64,000 bases of DNA from an uncultured Lachnospiraceae bacterium (GCA_947628955.1 CANRBX010000001.1:3931-67930), one strand, 5' to 3'. Shown: positions 37,162 through 47,891, counted from the stretch's first letter. Program-made: numbers and translations. The notes: generated from the sequence alone by a model not told the origin.

Positions 37162-37809
37162 TCAGAGATACTCCGGCAGCGCTTCCACGCTCGGGCAGAC
37201 CGCCGCGGCGCCTGCCTGCTCCAGCTCTTCGCGGGTACCGTAGCCGTACAGCACGCCGACGCAGGGCAGCCCGTTCATCCTGGCGCCGACCACATCGTGC
37301 TCACGGTCTCCGACCATGACCATCTCCTTCTCACAGCCCGGCCCGAGCTCTTCAAGCACGCACGCGATCACCTGCTCCTTGCGGCTGATCCTTTCATCCA
37401 TGGAGGCTCCGCGGATCTGTTCAAAAAACTGCGCCAGGCCAAAATGCTCCAGAATCCTTCTTGCAAAGGGCTCCGGCTTCGAGGTCGCCACGATCAGGTG
37501 CTTTCCCCCGGCCTGCAGCTGCGCAAGCACCTCCGGGATTCCCTCATACACCCGGTTCTCGCTCCAGCCCTTCGGCTCATAATACTCCCGGTAGGCCCGG
37601 ATCAGCTCCATCGCCTCCGTCTCCGTCACTTTGTAATATCTGATAAAAGAGTCGGCGAGCGGCGGGCCGGCAAACGCCTCCAGCTTCGTGCGGTCCGTCT
37701 CCTCAATCCCCTTCTGCCTCAGCGCATAGATCACGGAATTGATGATCCCCTCCGCAGAATCCGTCAGCGTCCCATCGAGGTCAAACAGAACATACCGATA
37801 TTTTCCCAT
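37162..37809 (-). CDS. HAD-family hydrolase (phosphoglycolate phosphatase/5'-nucleotidase-like)
   Basis: FDLDGTLTDS, ATSKP, MVGDREHD. Confidence 0.9.
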   Translation of the reverse strand: MGKYRYVLFDLDGTLTDSAEGIINSVIYALRQKGIEETDRTKLEAFAGPPLADSFIRYYKVTETEAMELIRAYREYYEPKGWSENRVYEGIPEVLAQLQAGGKHLIVATSKPEPFARRILEHFGLAQFFEQIRGASMDERISRKEQVIACVLEELGPGCEKEMVMVGDREHDVVGARMNGLPCVGVLYGYGTREELEQAGAAAVCPSVEALPEYL

Positions 37810-37864
37810 ACTGTTTCTCCTGTCCTTAATGATAAAATGCGCGCGTCCGGGTCAGCGGGCGGAA

Positions 37865-38422
37865 TCAAAACTGAAACACCACTCCCGCGACCGCCGCGAC
37901 GAGAAACCACACCGCCGGGTGCAGCTTCTTAAGCTTTTTCCACTGCATAAGTACAAAGACCACAGCACACAGGATCAGTCCCTTGTACTGCGGCACAAGC
38001 TTCCCCGCCTCCTCCGTAAACAGGGTCACGCGGATCATATTGATGACCGCCGCCGCGATCAGCGCCGTCACCGCGGGCCGGATTCCCCTGAACACCGCCT
38101 GTACAATGCGGTTTTCCTGAAAGCCGTCCAAAAATTTTGCAATGATTATGATCACGATGATGCTCGGCAGCACAAGCGCCAGGGTAGCGACAATTCCGCC
38201 GAGCGGACCGAGAGTCCGAAAACCCGCGTAAGTCGCCATGTTCAGTCCGATCGGGCCGGGCGTGCTCTCGCTGATCGCGATCATGCTCGAGAGCTCCTGC
38301 ATCGTAAACCACGGATATTTCCTGGCCATATCCATCAGGAACGGGATCGTCGCCGGGCCGCCGCCGATCGCGAACAGGCCCGTTTTGAAAAATTCAAATA
38401 TCAGAAGAAATGCCTCATTCAT
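37865..38422 (-). CDS. Short-chain chromate transporter subunit
   Basis: GLFAIGGG, ESTPGPI, ATYAG. Confidence 0.9.
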   Translation of the reverse strand: MNEAFLLIFEFFKTGLFAIGGGPATIPFLMDMARKYPWFTMQELSSMIAISESTPGPIGLNMATYAGFRTLGPLGGIVATLALVLPSIIVIIIIAKFLDGFQENRIVQAVFRGIRPAVTALIAAAVINMIRVTLFTEEAGKLVPQYKGLILCAVVFVLMQWKKLKKLHPAVWFLVAAVAGVVFQF

Positions 38423-38964
38423 TTCACAGCACCCCCTGTCACTCTGTCAATGACCACCCCGGCCACCGCCGCAAGCACAATGATCAGCACTGTCGGGAGC
38501 TTTGTAAAAAACGCGAGCACAAAGGCCGCCGCGCAGATCGCCACACAGATTTTGTTGACGAGGCTCTTTTTCGCCAGCGTGTAGACCGTGTTCAGCATCA
38601 GGCCGCAGACGCCCCCGCGGATTCCCATGATCGCGTGCTGCACGATAGCGTATCCCATCATCGCCTCAAGAAACATCGCCACCACCGTAATGATCAGGAT
38701 GGACGGTGTCGCCATCCCGAGCGTCGCGAAAATGCCGCCCGCGATCCCTTTCCTCCGGTAGCCGACGAAGGTCGCCGTATTCACCGCGATGATTCCCGGC
38801 GTGCACTGCCCGATCGCGTAGCAGTCCAGGAGCACGTCCTCCGTGATCCAGTTTCGTTTCTCCACCAGCTCATATTTCAGCATCGGAAGCATCGTCAGTC
38901 CCCCTCCGAACGTCAGGATCCCGATGCGGAAAAAAGCCACATACAGATTCCACAACTCACTCAT
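38419..38964 (-). CDS. Short-chain chromate transporter subunit
   Basis: GILTFGGG, QCTPGIIAVNTATFVG. Confidence 0.9.
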   Translation of the reverse strand: MSELWNLYVAFFRIGILTFGGGLTMLPMLKYELVEKRNWITEDVLLDCYAIGQCTPGIIAVNTATFVGYRRKGIAGGIFATLGMATPSILIITVVAMFLEAMMGYAIVQHAIMGIRGGVCGLMLNTVYTLAKKSLVNKICVAICAAAFVLAFFTKLPTVLIIVLAAVAGVVIDRVTGGAVK

Positions 38965-39179
38965 GTCCCATCCCTCTTTCCGCGGCAGGGCCGCTTTTTC
39001 TGTCCTTCTCTGTGATTATTTTTCTGCAGGTTTCGTGGCCTGTCCGCTCCGGCACGCGGCCACGGCTTCCCCGGAAACCAATGCCAGTTAGTTAACAGCC
39101 GCAAAAGGACAGGGCATCCCCCCGGAGATGTTCCTGTCTCTGCGGCGGCCGGCCAGGGCCGCTTTGCGGGCGCACCGCG

Positions 39180-40058
39180 TCAGTCCGCAGGCCCGCCCTG
39201 CACCGACTGCCTGTTGATCTTCGACGCAAGCACCCCGGCCCCGAACCCGTTGTCGATATTGACAATGCTGACGCCGCTCGCGCAGGAATTCAGCATCGCC
39301 AGCAGCGCCGCCAGCCCGCCGAAGCTCGCTCCATAGCCGACGCTTGTCGGCACGCCGATCACCGGGCACGCGACCAGGCCGCCGATCACGCTCACCAGCG
39401 CGCCCTCCATCCCGGCCACGGCGATCACCGCGTTGGCGTCCTCGAACGCCGGGAGGCGGTTCAGCAGCCGGTGGATCCCGGCCACGCCGACATCATAGAT
39501 GCGCTCCGTCCGGTTTCCGAACAGCTCCGCCGTGACGGCGGCCTCCTCCGCCACCGGGAGATCGCTCGTCCCGGCCGCCACGACCACGATCTTTCCGATC
39601 CGTTCCGTCTCCCTCCGGTTCACGACTCCGATCCGGGCCACCGGGTCATACGAAAACGCGGGCTGATCGGCCTTTTCCCCGCCAGACTCCTGCGCGGCCG
39701 GCCCCGCTTTCTTTCCGTCAGCCCCCTGCGCGGCGGGAGCCGCTTTTTTCCTGTCAAGCTCCGCCGCTACAAGCTCCGCCTTCACCGGCGAAAGCCGCGT
39801 GATCATGATATTCGCGATCCCGCGTCCCTCCATCGCGGACGCAATGCCGGCGATCTGCTCTGCGGTCTTTCCCGCTCCGTAGATTACCTCCGGCATCCCC
39901 TGCCGCAGGCCGCGGTGAAGGTCAATATCCGCGTAGCCGCCCACCTGAAGCTCCGGCTGCAGGCGGATATCATGTACGGCCTCTTCTGCCGTCAGCTCCC
40001 CTGACTGTACCTGTCTGAGCAGCTCAAGCAGTTCCTTTTCTTCCATAATTTTCGTCAC
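39180..40058 (-). CDS. larB: Nickel-pincer cofactor biosynthesis protein LarB (AIR carboxylase-like)
   Basis: PEVIYGAGKT, AGTSDLPVAEEA, DVGVAGIHRL, AGMEGAL, PTSVGYG, VNIDNGFGA. Confidence 0.9.
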   Translation of the reverse strand: MTKIMEEKELLELLRQVQSGELTAEEAVHDIRLQPELQVGGYADIDLHRGLRQGMPEVIYGAGKTAEQIAGIASAMEGRGIANIMITRLSPVKAELVAAELDRKKAAPAAQGADGKKAGPAAQESGGEKADQPAFSYDPVARIGVVNRRETERIGKIVVVAAGTSDLPVAEEAAVTAELFGNRTERIYDVGVAGIHRLLNRLPAFEDANAVIAVAGMEGALVSVIGGLVACPVIGVPTSVGYGASFGGLAALLAMLNSCASGVSIVNIDNGFGAGVLASKINRQSVQGGPAD

Positions 40059-40062
40059 CTCA

Positions 40063-40551
40063 TCATCTACTTTTCTGGTACGCGATGCGCGGGTCTCCGT
40101 TCTCCAGATAGATCCGCCCGCATTTCACAAATCCATTTTTCTCGAGCACATGCTGCATGACCCGGTTGTCGTCGTGCGTATCTATGCGCAGGTTTCCGCA
40201 CTGGCCAAAAGCCCACTGCAGGCACTCCGATCCGGAGCCTTTGACGCGCCCCGCCGCAGCGATCCGGTGCACGACGCCGTACGGTTCGTCATTCAGCCAG
40301 CGCCCGTTTTCAATCACATGATAGGTCGGATCGTCCCCGATCAAAAACATGAAAACTGCCTCGATCGCCCCGTCCGCCTCCGCGACATAGCTGATCCCTC
40401 TGCGGATATCCTCCCGGATCAGCTCTTCCTCCGGGTAGGCTTTGTCCCCCCACTGATGAGGGTTCCCGGTCCGCGCCATAAACTCCCGCGCACGGGCATA
40501 AATCTTCATGATATTTTCCAGATCCTCCGGCCTGGCTTTTCTGATCTCCAT
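40063..40551 (-). CDS. GNAT-family acetyltransferase
   Basis: MEIRKA...VVHRIA...RIDTHDDNRVMQ...GFVKCG. Confidence 0.88.
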   Translation of the reverse strand: MEIRKARPEDLENIMKIYARAREFMARTGNPHQWGDKAYPEEELIREDIRRGISYVAEADGAIEAVFMFLIGDDPTYHVIENGRWLNDEPYGVVHRIAAAGRVKGSGSECLQWAFGQCGNLRIDTHDDNRVMQHVLEKNGFVKCGRIYLENGDPRIAYQKSR

Positions 40552-40846
40552 ACGTCTCTCCCCAATCCGCAAATATGTCCGACTCTCTTCGCGGGCGAAT
40601 CCCGGGTCTCTTCCCCGCCGCACGGCAGAGGACTTCGCCATGATGCCGCCGCTGTTCACCCGCGCATTGTCACCGCCGCCGCGCAGACGCTGCAGGAATT
40701 TTCGCCCGCGATATCACCACTATATTACAAAAATCCGGAAACTGCAATTCGTTTTTCATCCGGATACAGATCCCGGAGAAATTCTGTGGACAAAAAGTAC
40801 GCCCTGCAGAAAGGCCCGCCCCGCACCCGCATGCATAACACGCATA

Positions 40847-40895
40847 AAGAAAGAAGGTATCCTGGTCCTGGCAGGACCTGAAATACCTTCTTCTT
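40847..40895 (-). terminator. Probable terminator after the FGGY kinase
   Basis: aagaaggtat...ggtcctggcaggacc...ataccttctt stem-loop. Confidence 0.55.
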
Positions 40896-40972
40896 ATCAT
40901 TAAAAATGTTGTCTTCTGCAGCCTTCCGTCCCTTCTGCCGAAGGCGCCGGCACAGGAAATCCCCGGCTCAGG

Positions 40973-42580
40973 TTATTTCAGCGTGTCCACCGCCGCGCGC
41001 TCGACCGGCAGGCATGCCTTGTATGTCTCGATGAACGCGTCAAAGCCTGCCGCATCCGCCGGATCCGGGGTCATCTCCACGCCGGTGTCGCCTGCGAATA
41101 CCTTGTCGTTCAGGAAGTCCTCAAGCGTCTCCCCGTCCTTCTTATTTACCAGGTAGGAAGCGAGCAGGGCAATTCCCCACGCTCCGCCCTCGCCCGCGGT
41201 CTCCATCACAGACACCGGGGAGCTCATCGCAGCCGCGAGGATGCTCTGGCCGACGCCCTTTGTCTTGAACAGGCCGCCGTGGCCCATGACCTTGTCGATC
41301 TTGATGTCCTCAGCCTTGAGCAGGATATCAAGCCCGATCTTCAGCGTGGCCAGCGAAGAGTACAGGTTCGCGCGCATGAAGTTCGCCAGGCTGAATTTGC
41401 TGTCCGGCCTGCGCACAAACAGCGGACGGCCCTCCTCCAGGCCGGTGATCGGCTCGCCCGAGAAATAATTGTACGCCACAAGACCGCCGCAGTCCTTGTC
41501 TCCCTCGAGCGCCTTGTTGTAAAGCGTGCCGAACAGCCTGTTCATGTCCACATCCACGCCGAATGCTTCGGAAAATTCCCTGAACAGGCCGACCCACGCA
41601 TTCAGGTCGGAGGTGCAGTTGTTGCAGTGCACCATTGCCACAAGGTCGCCGCTCGGCGTCGTCACAAGGTCGATCTCCGGGTATGCCTTCGACAGATCCT
41701 TCTCGAGCACGATCATCGCAAACACAGATGTGCCGGCGGAGACATTGCCCGTGCGGACCGCCACGCTGTTCGTCGCGGCCATGCCGGTACCCGCGTCGCC
41801 CTCCGGCGGGCAGATCGGAATGCCGGCCTTCAGTTTTCCGGAAACGTCGAGCTTCTTCGCGCCTTCCTCCGTCAGCCTGCCGGCATCCTGCCCGGCCAGG
41901 AGCACCTTCGGAAGGATCTCGCCGAGCTTCCACGGATATCCCTTCGGCGCCACAAGCGCGTCAAATTTCGCAATCATGGACTTGTTGAAATCTCTTGTCT
42001 CGATGTCGATCGGGAACATGCCGGACGCATCGCCGACGCCGATCACCTTCTGCCCCGTCATCTGCCAGTGGATATAACCGGCCAGCGTCGTAAAGAACGC
42101 GACGTCCTTTACATGCTCTTCTCCGTTTAATATCGCCTGGTACAGATGAGCGATGCTCCATCTCTGCGGAATGTTGTAATTGAACAGGTCAAACAGCTCC
42201 GCTGCGGCCTGCCCGGTGATCGTATTTCTCCAGGTGCGGAACGGCACCAGAAGCTCGTCATTTTTGTCAAACGCCATATAGCCGTGCATCATCGCGCTGA
42301 AGCCGATCCCGGCCAGGTTCTCTACATCGACGCCATACTGCGCGCGCACGTCCGCGGCCATGTCCGCATAGCAGCCCTGCAGGCCCTTCCAGATCGCATC
42401 CAGGCTGTAGGTCCAGATCCCGTTTTCCAGCTGGTTCTCCCAGTCGTAGCTTCCGGAAGCGATCGGCGCATTATCCTCGCCGATCAGGACTGCCTTGATC
42501 CTGGTGGAGCCGAACTCAATGCCGAGTATCGCTTTTCCGCTCTCAATGATACTTTTTGCCTTGTTCACATCTGCACTCAT
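40973..42580 (-). CDS. FGGY-family pentulose kinase (L-ribulokinase AraB-like)
   Basis: [32 protein letters not shown]. Confidence 0.88.
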   Translation of the reverse strand: MSADVNKAKSIIESGKAILGIEFGSTRIKAVLIGEDNAPIASGSYDWENQLENGIWTYSLDAIWKGLQGCYADMAADVRAQYGVDVENLAGIGFSAMMHGYMAFDKNDELLVPFRTWRNTITGQAAAELFDLFNYNIPQRWSIAHLYQAILNGEEHVKDVAFFTTLAGYIHWQMTGQKVIGVGDASGMFPIDIETRDFNKSMIAKFDALVAPKGYPWKLGEILPKVLLAGQDAGRLTEEGAKKLDVSGKLKAGIPICPPEGDAGTGMAATNSVAVRTGNVSAGTSVFAMIVLEKDLSKAYPEIDLVTTPSGDLVAMVHCNNCTSDLNAWVGLFREFSEAFGVDVDMNRLFGTLYNKALEGDKDCGGLVAYNYFSGEPITGLEEGRPLFVRRPDSKFSLANFMRANLYSSLATLKIGLDILLKAEDIKIDKVMGHGGLFKTKGVGQSILAAAMSSPVSVMETAGEGGAWGIALLASYLVNKKDGETLEDFLNDKVFAGDTGVEMTPDPADAAGFDAFIETYKACLPVERAAVDTLK

Positions 42581-42686
42581 CTCAATTCCTCCCATTCTGT
42601 TTCTTAATTTACAAAATACTGAAATATTTTTTCTTTTCAGTAAGTATACCATTTTCCGGTGTCTTTCGCCACTGTTTATTTACAAT

Positions 42687-42702
42687 TTATGTTCGTAAAA
42701 AT
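42687..42702. promoter_or_regulatory. Candidate AraR operator
   Basis: ttatgttcgtaaaaat matches the Bacillus AraR consensus ATTTGTACGTACAAAT at 12/16, upstream of an AraB-like kinase. Confidence 0.45.
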
Positions 42703-42746
42703 ACGAAATGCGGAAACTGCCCGCTCCCCTCAGACACGCCGCGCGC

Positions 42747-45700
42747 TCAATGCTTCCGCGCCCTGTCGAGAGTCCTGCGCCCCAGCCGCAGCTCCTCCAG
42801 AAACTCCTTCATCGGGCCGTCCAGCTCGTCAAACAGCCGGTGTCTCGTGCCGGGGGCCTTTTCCAGATAACCGGCGCGGATCTCCTGATCCGCAAGGCGC
42901 ACCTCCTCAAGCAGTCCCTCCGCGGACATCCTGGAGGCGCCCGCGCCGAGAATGATGATCTGCTCCAGGGCGTCCGAGGTCGCGACCGTCACATGATATT
43001 TCCTGCCGATCACGCGCGCGGTCTTCTCGATATACTGGTCTGCTGTCTCGGCCTCCTTCGTGTAGACGACATGGATATTGTGATACTTCTGCACTTCCCC
43101 GCGTCCGCCCTCGACCTTATAAGCGTCGTATACAAGGATCACATGAATTCCCCTATAGCCCTGATAGTTGCTGAGGATATCCATGAGCTTCCCGCGCGCG
43201 CCCTCGATGCTCGTCTCCGCGAGCTCCCGCAGCCCGTCCCAGGCAAAAATGATATTGTAGCCGTCCACCAGCAGATACCCATCAGGAATCTCCTGCTTCG
43301 GCGCCCGGCCGCCGCCCGGAGCCTCCACCCTGCGGCTCTTCGCGTAGCGCTTCCGCTCCAGGGACGACGCCCCGTAGGTGCGCGTGAAGATCGCTTCCAG
43401 CTCCTTCTCATCCACAGCAGAGCCGCCCGTGCTGCTGCCCGGCTCTCGCCCAGCGTACGCGCTGCTGCCAGGTTTCCGCTCACCGTCTGCTCTGCCGCCC
43501 AGCTTCCGCCCGCCGTCCGTATTATTGCCTGGCCTTCGTTCACCGTCTGCGCTGCTGCCAGACCTCCGCCCGCTGTTCGCGCTGCTGCCAGGATCCCGCC
43601 CACCGTCCGTATTATTGCCTGGCCTTCGTTCACCGTCCGCGCTGCTGCCAGACCCCCGCCCACTGTACGCGATGCTGCCAGGATCCCGCTCACCGTCCGC
43701 GTTATCGTCCGGCTTCCACCCGCTGTCCATGTGCATATAGTCCTGCACATTTTCCCAGCTCACAACGTACCCGGCCCCGTGCGCGCAGAAAACAGACCCG
43801 GTCGGGTTTTCCAGATCCGCCTCTGAATCGTAGCCGGCAGCCTCAATGACCTCCTGGGCATTGTGGCATTCCTCGTAGCCCTTCAGCGAGCAGGACAGCC
43901 TTCCCCGGCCCTTCGTGTAGGCCAGAAGCTCCGTCTGATATCCCCACATCTCCGATACAGGGGCCTGGCCGCTCAGCACCGCCGTCTCCCCCTCCGTCTC
44001 CGGGGGCGCAAAGCTCCCGGACATTTTCTGTATGTCTGTCATCGCCCTGCCGACCGACTCCGCCGGCACCTCGAGCCGGAACTCATAGACCGGCTCCAGC
44101 AGCACACTCTCGGCACATTTCAGCCCGTGCCGCACCGCGCGGTACGTCGCCTGGCGGAAATCTCCGCCCTCCGTGTGCTTCAGGTGCGCGCGCCCCGTCA
44201 GCAGCGTGATCCGCATATCCGTGATCTCCGATCCCGTGAGCACGCCGACATGCTTTTTTTCCTCCAGGTGCGTCAGGATCAGCCTCTGCCAGCTGCGGTC
44301 CAGCACGTCTTCGCTGCAGCGGCTCGCAAACTGCAGGCCGCTCCCGCGCTCGCCCGGCTCCAGAAGCAGATGCACCTCCGCATAGTGCCGCAGCGGCTCG
44401 AAATGCCCCATGCCTTCCACCGCGCTGCGGATCGTCTCTTTATATACAATGCTGCCCTGTCCGAATTCCACCCAGATCCCGAAGCGCTCCCGGATCATGC
44501 TCCTGAGCACGCCGATCTGCACCTCGCCCATCAGGTGCGCATGGATCTCTCCCAGGCGCTCATCCCAGACAATATGCAGCTGAGGCTCCTCTTCCTCCAG
44601 CTGGCGAAGCTTCAGAAACGTGTAGTGGGCGTCGCACTCCGGCGGAAGCTCGATGCGGTAGGAAAGCACCGGCTCCAGCAGCGGAACTCCTCCCTCCGGC
44701 TCTGCGCCGAGCCCCTCCCCGGCGTATGTGAAATCCAACCCCGTGACTGCGCAGACCATCCCGGCCTGCGCCTCCCGGACCGTCTGAAAGCTTCCGCCGG
44801 AATAGACACGGATCTGGTCTGCCTTCTGCTCCCACGGTTCCCCGGACCGCCCCCTGCGCCCGCTCAGCGCTTCCTTCACCTTCAGGGAGCCGCCGGTGAT
44901 CTTCATATGCGTCAGCCGGTTTCCCTGCGCGTCCCGGGTGATCTTGAACACACGCGCGCCGAAATCCTGCGGATAGCTGCGCACGGCACTGAGGCGCTGC
45001 AGTCCGCCCAGCAGCTCCTGCACCCCCTGCAGCTTCAGGGCCGAGCCAAAATAGCAGGGGAACACCCTGCGCTCCGACACCGCGCGCGCGATCTCCGGCA
45101 TGCCAAGCTCCCCCTTTGCCAGATACTGCTCCAGCAGCTCTTCATCGCACATCGCAAGCGTCTCCCAGAACGCATCCAAGCCGTCTGCGGCGGGCTCCGA
45201 TGCGCGGGCTCCGGACTCTTTGCCGGCCCTCTCCGCTCCGATTCCTGCATTCAGGCGTTCTTTGGCGCTCCCGGTCTCCGCATTCAGGCGTTCTTCCGCG
45301 CTCCCGGTCTCCGCATTCAGGCGCTCTTCCACACTCCCGGTTTCTGTATCCGCCCACACTGCGGCGGCACTCAGCGGCCCGAAATCGACGCACCGGCTGT
45401 CCAGCCGCTTTCCTATCTCGTCCATCAGCGCCGCCCGGTCCGTCCCCGGCTGATCCATCTTATTGATAAACAGAAATACCGGGATCTCATAGCGCGCCAG
45501 CAGCCTCCAGAGCGTCTCCGTGTGTCCCTGCACGCCGTCCGCCCCGCTGACAACCAGAACCGCATAGTCCAGAACCTGCAGCGTCCGTTCCATCTCAGCC
45601 GAGAAATCCACATGTCCCGGCGTGTCCATCAGCGTCACCCGCACATCCCCGAGCATCAGCTCTGCCTGCTTGGAAAAAATCGTGATGCCCCGCGCGCGCT

Positions 45701-45872
45701 CCAGCTCAAAATTGTCGAGAAACGCGTCCTGATGATCTACTCTTCCCAGCCTGCGGATACTCCCCGTGAGGTAGAGAATTGCCTCTGAAAGAGTGGTCTT
45801 CCCCGCATCCACATGGGCCAGCAGGCCGACACATATATGCTCCCGAGTCTTCCCACGGTCTTTTCCCTCCAT
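42747..45872 (-). CDS. EF-G/TetM-like translational GTPase fused to a C-terminal NYN (YacP/Rae1-like) nuclease domain
   Basis: AHVDAGKTT, RGITI, DTPGHVDF, NKMD, EF-G domains III-V; C-terminal LLVDGYNII...ETADQYIE...VATSD. Confidence 0.9.
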   Translation of the reverse strand: MEGKDRGKTREHICVGLLAHVDAGKTTLSEAILYLTGSIRRLGRVDHQDAFLDNFELERARGITIFSKQAELMLGDVRVTLMDTPGHVDFSAEMERTLQVLDYAVLVVSGADGVQGHTETLWRLLARYEIPVFLFINKMDQPGTDRAALMDEIGKRLDSRCVDFGPLSAAAVWADTETGSVEERLNAETGSAEERLNAETGSAKERLNAGIGAERAGKESGARASEPAADGLDAFWETLAMCDEELLEQYLAKGELGMPEIARAVSERRVFPCYFGSALKLQGVQELLGGLQRLSAVRSYPQDFGARVFKITRDAQGNRLTHMKITGGSLKVKEALSGRRGRSGEPWEQKADQIRVYSGGSFQTVREAQAGMVCAVTGLDFTYAGEGLGAEPEGGVPLLEPVLSYRIELPPECDAHYTFLKLRQLEEEEPQLHIVWDERLGEIHAHLMGEVQIGVLRSMIRERFGIWVEFGQGSIVYKETIRSAVEGMGHFEPLRHYAEVHLLLEPGERGSGLQFASRCSEDVLDRSWQRLILTHLEEKKHVGVLTGSEITDMRITLLTGRAHLKHTEGGDFRQATYRAVRHGLKCAESVLLEPVYEFRLEVPAESVGRAMTDIQKMSGSFAPPETEGETAVLSGQAPVSEMWGYQTELLAYTKGRGRLSCSLKGYEECHNAQEVIEAAGYDSEADLENPTGSVFCAHGAGYVVSWENVQDYMHMDSGWKPDDNADGERDPGSIAYSGRGSGSSADGERRPGNNTDGGRDPGSSANSGRRSGSSADGERRPGNNTDGGRKLGGRADGERKPGSSAYAGREPGSSTGGSAVDEKELEAIFTRTYGASSLERKRYAKSRRVEAPGGGRAPKQEIPDGYLLVDGYNIIFAWDGLRELAETSIEGARGKLMDILSNYQGYRGIHVILVYDAYKVEGGRGEVQKYHNIHVVYTKEAETADQYIEKTARVIGRKYHVTVATSDALEQIIILGAGASRMSAEGLLEEVRLADQEIRAGYLEKAPGTRHRLFDELDGPMKEFLEELRLGRRTLDRARKH
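43425..43700 (-). repeat. 30-bp coding tandem repeat (about 9 copies) in the GTPase-NYN linker
   Basis: DGERDPGSIA, DGERRPGNNT, DGGRDPGSSA units. Confidence 0.88.
45245..45345 (-). repeat. 33-bp coding tandem repeat x3 in the G' insert of the GTPase
   Basis: ETGS[V/A][E/K]ERLNA three times. Confidence 0.85.
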
Positions 45873-46083
45873 AAAATGACCCCTCCTGTGATTCTGTCTT
45901 GTGCAAAGTATAACACAGGAAAAGTCATTCGTCGAGAGACAACCCGGAGGCCTCCCGCGCGGATTTTTCGCTCAGACCCTGCATTTTGGCAAATATTTTT
46001 TTGCCTGTCATGTGGAATTATGATATACTGTCTAGTAACGCGGTGGCAACACCAGATTTGTGATCAGAAAGCAGGGAACCATT

Positions 46084-47604
46084 ATGAACAGCATCTCCAG
46101 GCATCTCTCCAGACACGCCAGACTCCGCATTATACACCTCGGAATTTTCCTGGTCTATATTGTCAGTATCATACTGATTTTTTTTGGCTGTGTATATCGG
46201 AATATTGAGAAGAGCACGGAAGCGACCATCATGAACAATATCGCCCATCAGAGCCAGAACTTCCAGAATATCATCAATCAGAATTTCCAGTACCTGGAGG
46301 GCGTGGCGCAGTATATCGGATCGCACGGCGGCCCGGAGGATACGCGCAGTTTTGAACTGCTGCAGATGCTTTCAGAGAAATGCGGCCTGACGCGGATGGG
46401 CATCAGCGATCCGGAGGGGAACTGTGTTTTTACCAGCGGGGAAGAGCATTCCATCGCCTCAGAGGATTATTTTCAGAATGCCGCCGATGGAAGAAGGGCG
46501 CTCGGGGAATCTGTTGAAGAGAAAGACGGGCAGATCCGGGTCGTGCTTGCGGTCCCGGTCTTCCGGGATGGGGAAGTGACCGGTGTGGTGGGAGGCTCGT
46601 GCAACCTGAGCGTGCTGGGACAGCTACTCCTGGATGACATCTATTCCGGCGCCGGCTACATCATGATCTCCGATGTGCAGGGAAATATCATCTCCCACGG
46701 CTCCGATGAGATATCCGAGCTGATTCCGCTCGACAACGGCCTGTTCGGGCAGCTCGATGTGGTCGATCTGCCAAAGGACAAATCCGTTGAGCAGATCAGC
46801 GCGGATTTCAGCGCGCAGAAAAGCGACATCGCCGCTTTTTCGCATGAGAACAATCATTATTATATCGCTTATGAGCCTCTCGGCATGGAGAACTGGATGC
46901 TCTGCTATATCGTCCCGATCTCCGTCGCCCGCTATTCCTATCAGTTCATCTCGACCTATGGGATCACGCTGTGTGTGACCCTGCTGGCCGGCATGACGGT
47001 GCTGCTCCTGACGATCTTCTATTTCAACAGCCGCACACACAAGGCGCTGATCCAGATCGGGCAGAGCGACGCACTCACCGGAGTGTTCAACAAGAACAGC
47101 ACGCAGGAGCAGATCCAGCGCTGGCTCCAGTACGACGGCGATCACAAAACGGGGCTGCAGGCCCTGATGATGATGGATGTGGACTATTTCAAGCAGATCA
47201 ACGACACCTATGGCCACGCTGTGGGAGATACCATCCTGCGCGACGTTGGAGCCCTTCTGCGGCACGAATTTCGTGAAGGGGATATCATCGGCCGGATCGG
47301 CGGCGACGAATTCTGCATCCTGATCAAAAATATCGGTTCGGAGGCCAACGCGGTGTCCAAGATCGGGCGCCTGTGCGAACATGCGCGCAGCCTCCGCTTC
47401 CAGGATTCGGAGCATGACCTGACAGAGGCCTCCATCACGATCAGCGTGGGCCTCGCATTCGCTCCCATACACGGAAACAGCTTCGAAGAGCTGTACCGCA
47501 ACGCCGACCAGGCGCTCTATCAGACGAAGCGCAATGGACGCAACGGCTTCTCCGTGTATGTGCCGCAGCCCGATGAAGAGGCCGCCGCAAAAACTGCCGA
47601 GTAA
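46084..47604 (+). CDS. Membrane sensor diguanylate cyclase (Cache-like + GGDEF)
   Basis: Two TM helices, DALTGVFN, DVDYFKQINDTYGH, GRIGGDEF. Confidence 0.92.
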   Translation: MNSISRHLSRHARLRIIHLGIFLVYIVSIILIFFGCVYRNIEKSTEATIMNNIAHQSQNFQNIINQNFQYLEGVAQYIGSHGGPEDTRSFELLQMLSEKCGLTRMGISDPEGNCVFTSGEEHSIASEDYFQNAADGRRALGESVEEKDGQIRVVLAVPVFRDGEVTGVVGGSCNLSVLGQLLLDDIYSGAGYIMISDVQGNIISHGSDEISELIPLDNGLFGQLDVVDLPKDKSVEQISADFSAQKSDIAAFSHENNHYYIAYEPLGMENWMLCYIVPISVARYSYQFISTYGITLCVTLLAGMTVLLLTIFYFNSRTHKALIQIGQSDALTGVFNKNSTQEQIQRWLQYDGDHKTGLQALMMMDVDYFKQINDTYGHAVGDTILRDVGALLRHEFREGDIIGRIGGDEFCILIKNIGSEANAVSKIGRLCEHARSLRFQDSEHDLTEASITISVGLAFAPIHGNSFEELYRNADQALYQTKRNGRNGFSVYVPQPDEEAAAKTAE

Positions 47605-47608
47605 ATGA

Positions 47609-47887
47609 AAAACCGGGGCCGTGCCGGCCCGATACACCCGCCGGGCAGGCCGAAACCACAGGCGCGCCGGCCCGATACACCCGCCAGGACAGGTCAAAGC
47701 CAGGATCGTGCCGGCCCGATACACCTGCCGGACAGGCCGAAACCACGGCTGCGCCGGCACAATACACCCGCCGGGCAGGCCGAAACCACGGCCGTGCCGG
47801 CACGATACACCCGCCGGGCAGGCCGAAACCACGGCCGAGCCGGCACGATACACCCGCCGGGCAGATTAAAACCGGGGCCGCGCCGGC
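47609..47887. repeat. 43-bp GC-rich tandem repeat x6 between convergent genes
   Basis: ccacggccgtgccggcacgatacacccgccgggcaggccgaaa units with no unique spacers. Confidence 0.92.
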
Positions 47888-47891
47888 GCGC

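Noticed and set aside
42747-45872. Acquired tetracycline resistance gene (tetM/O/W)
   Set aside because: 1041 aa with an NYN fusion, host-like GC and no mobile context; true protection proteins are much shorter.
47609-47887. CRISPR array
   Set aside because: Units are contiguous with no unique spacers, and no cas genes are in the window.
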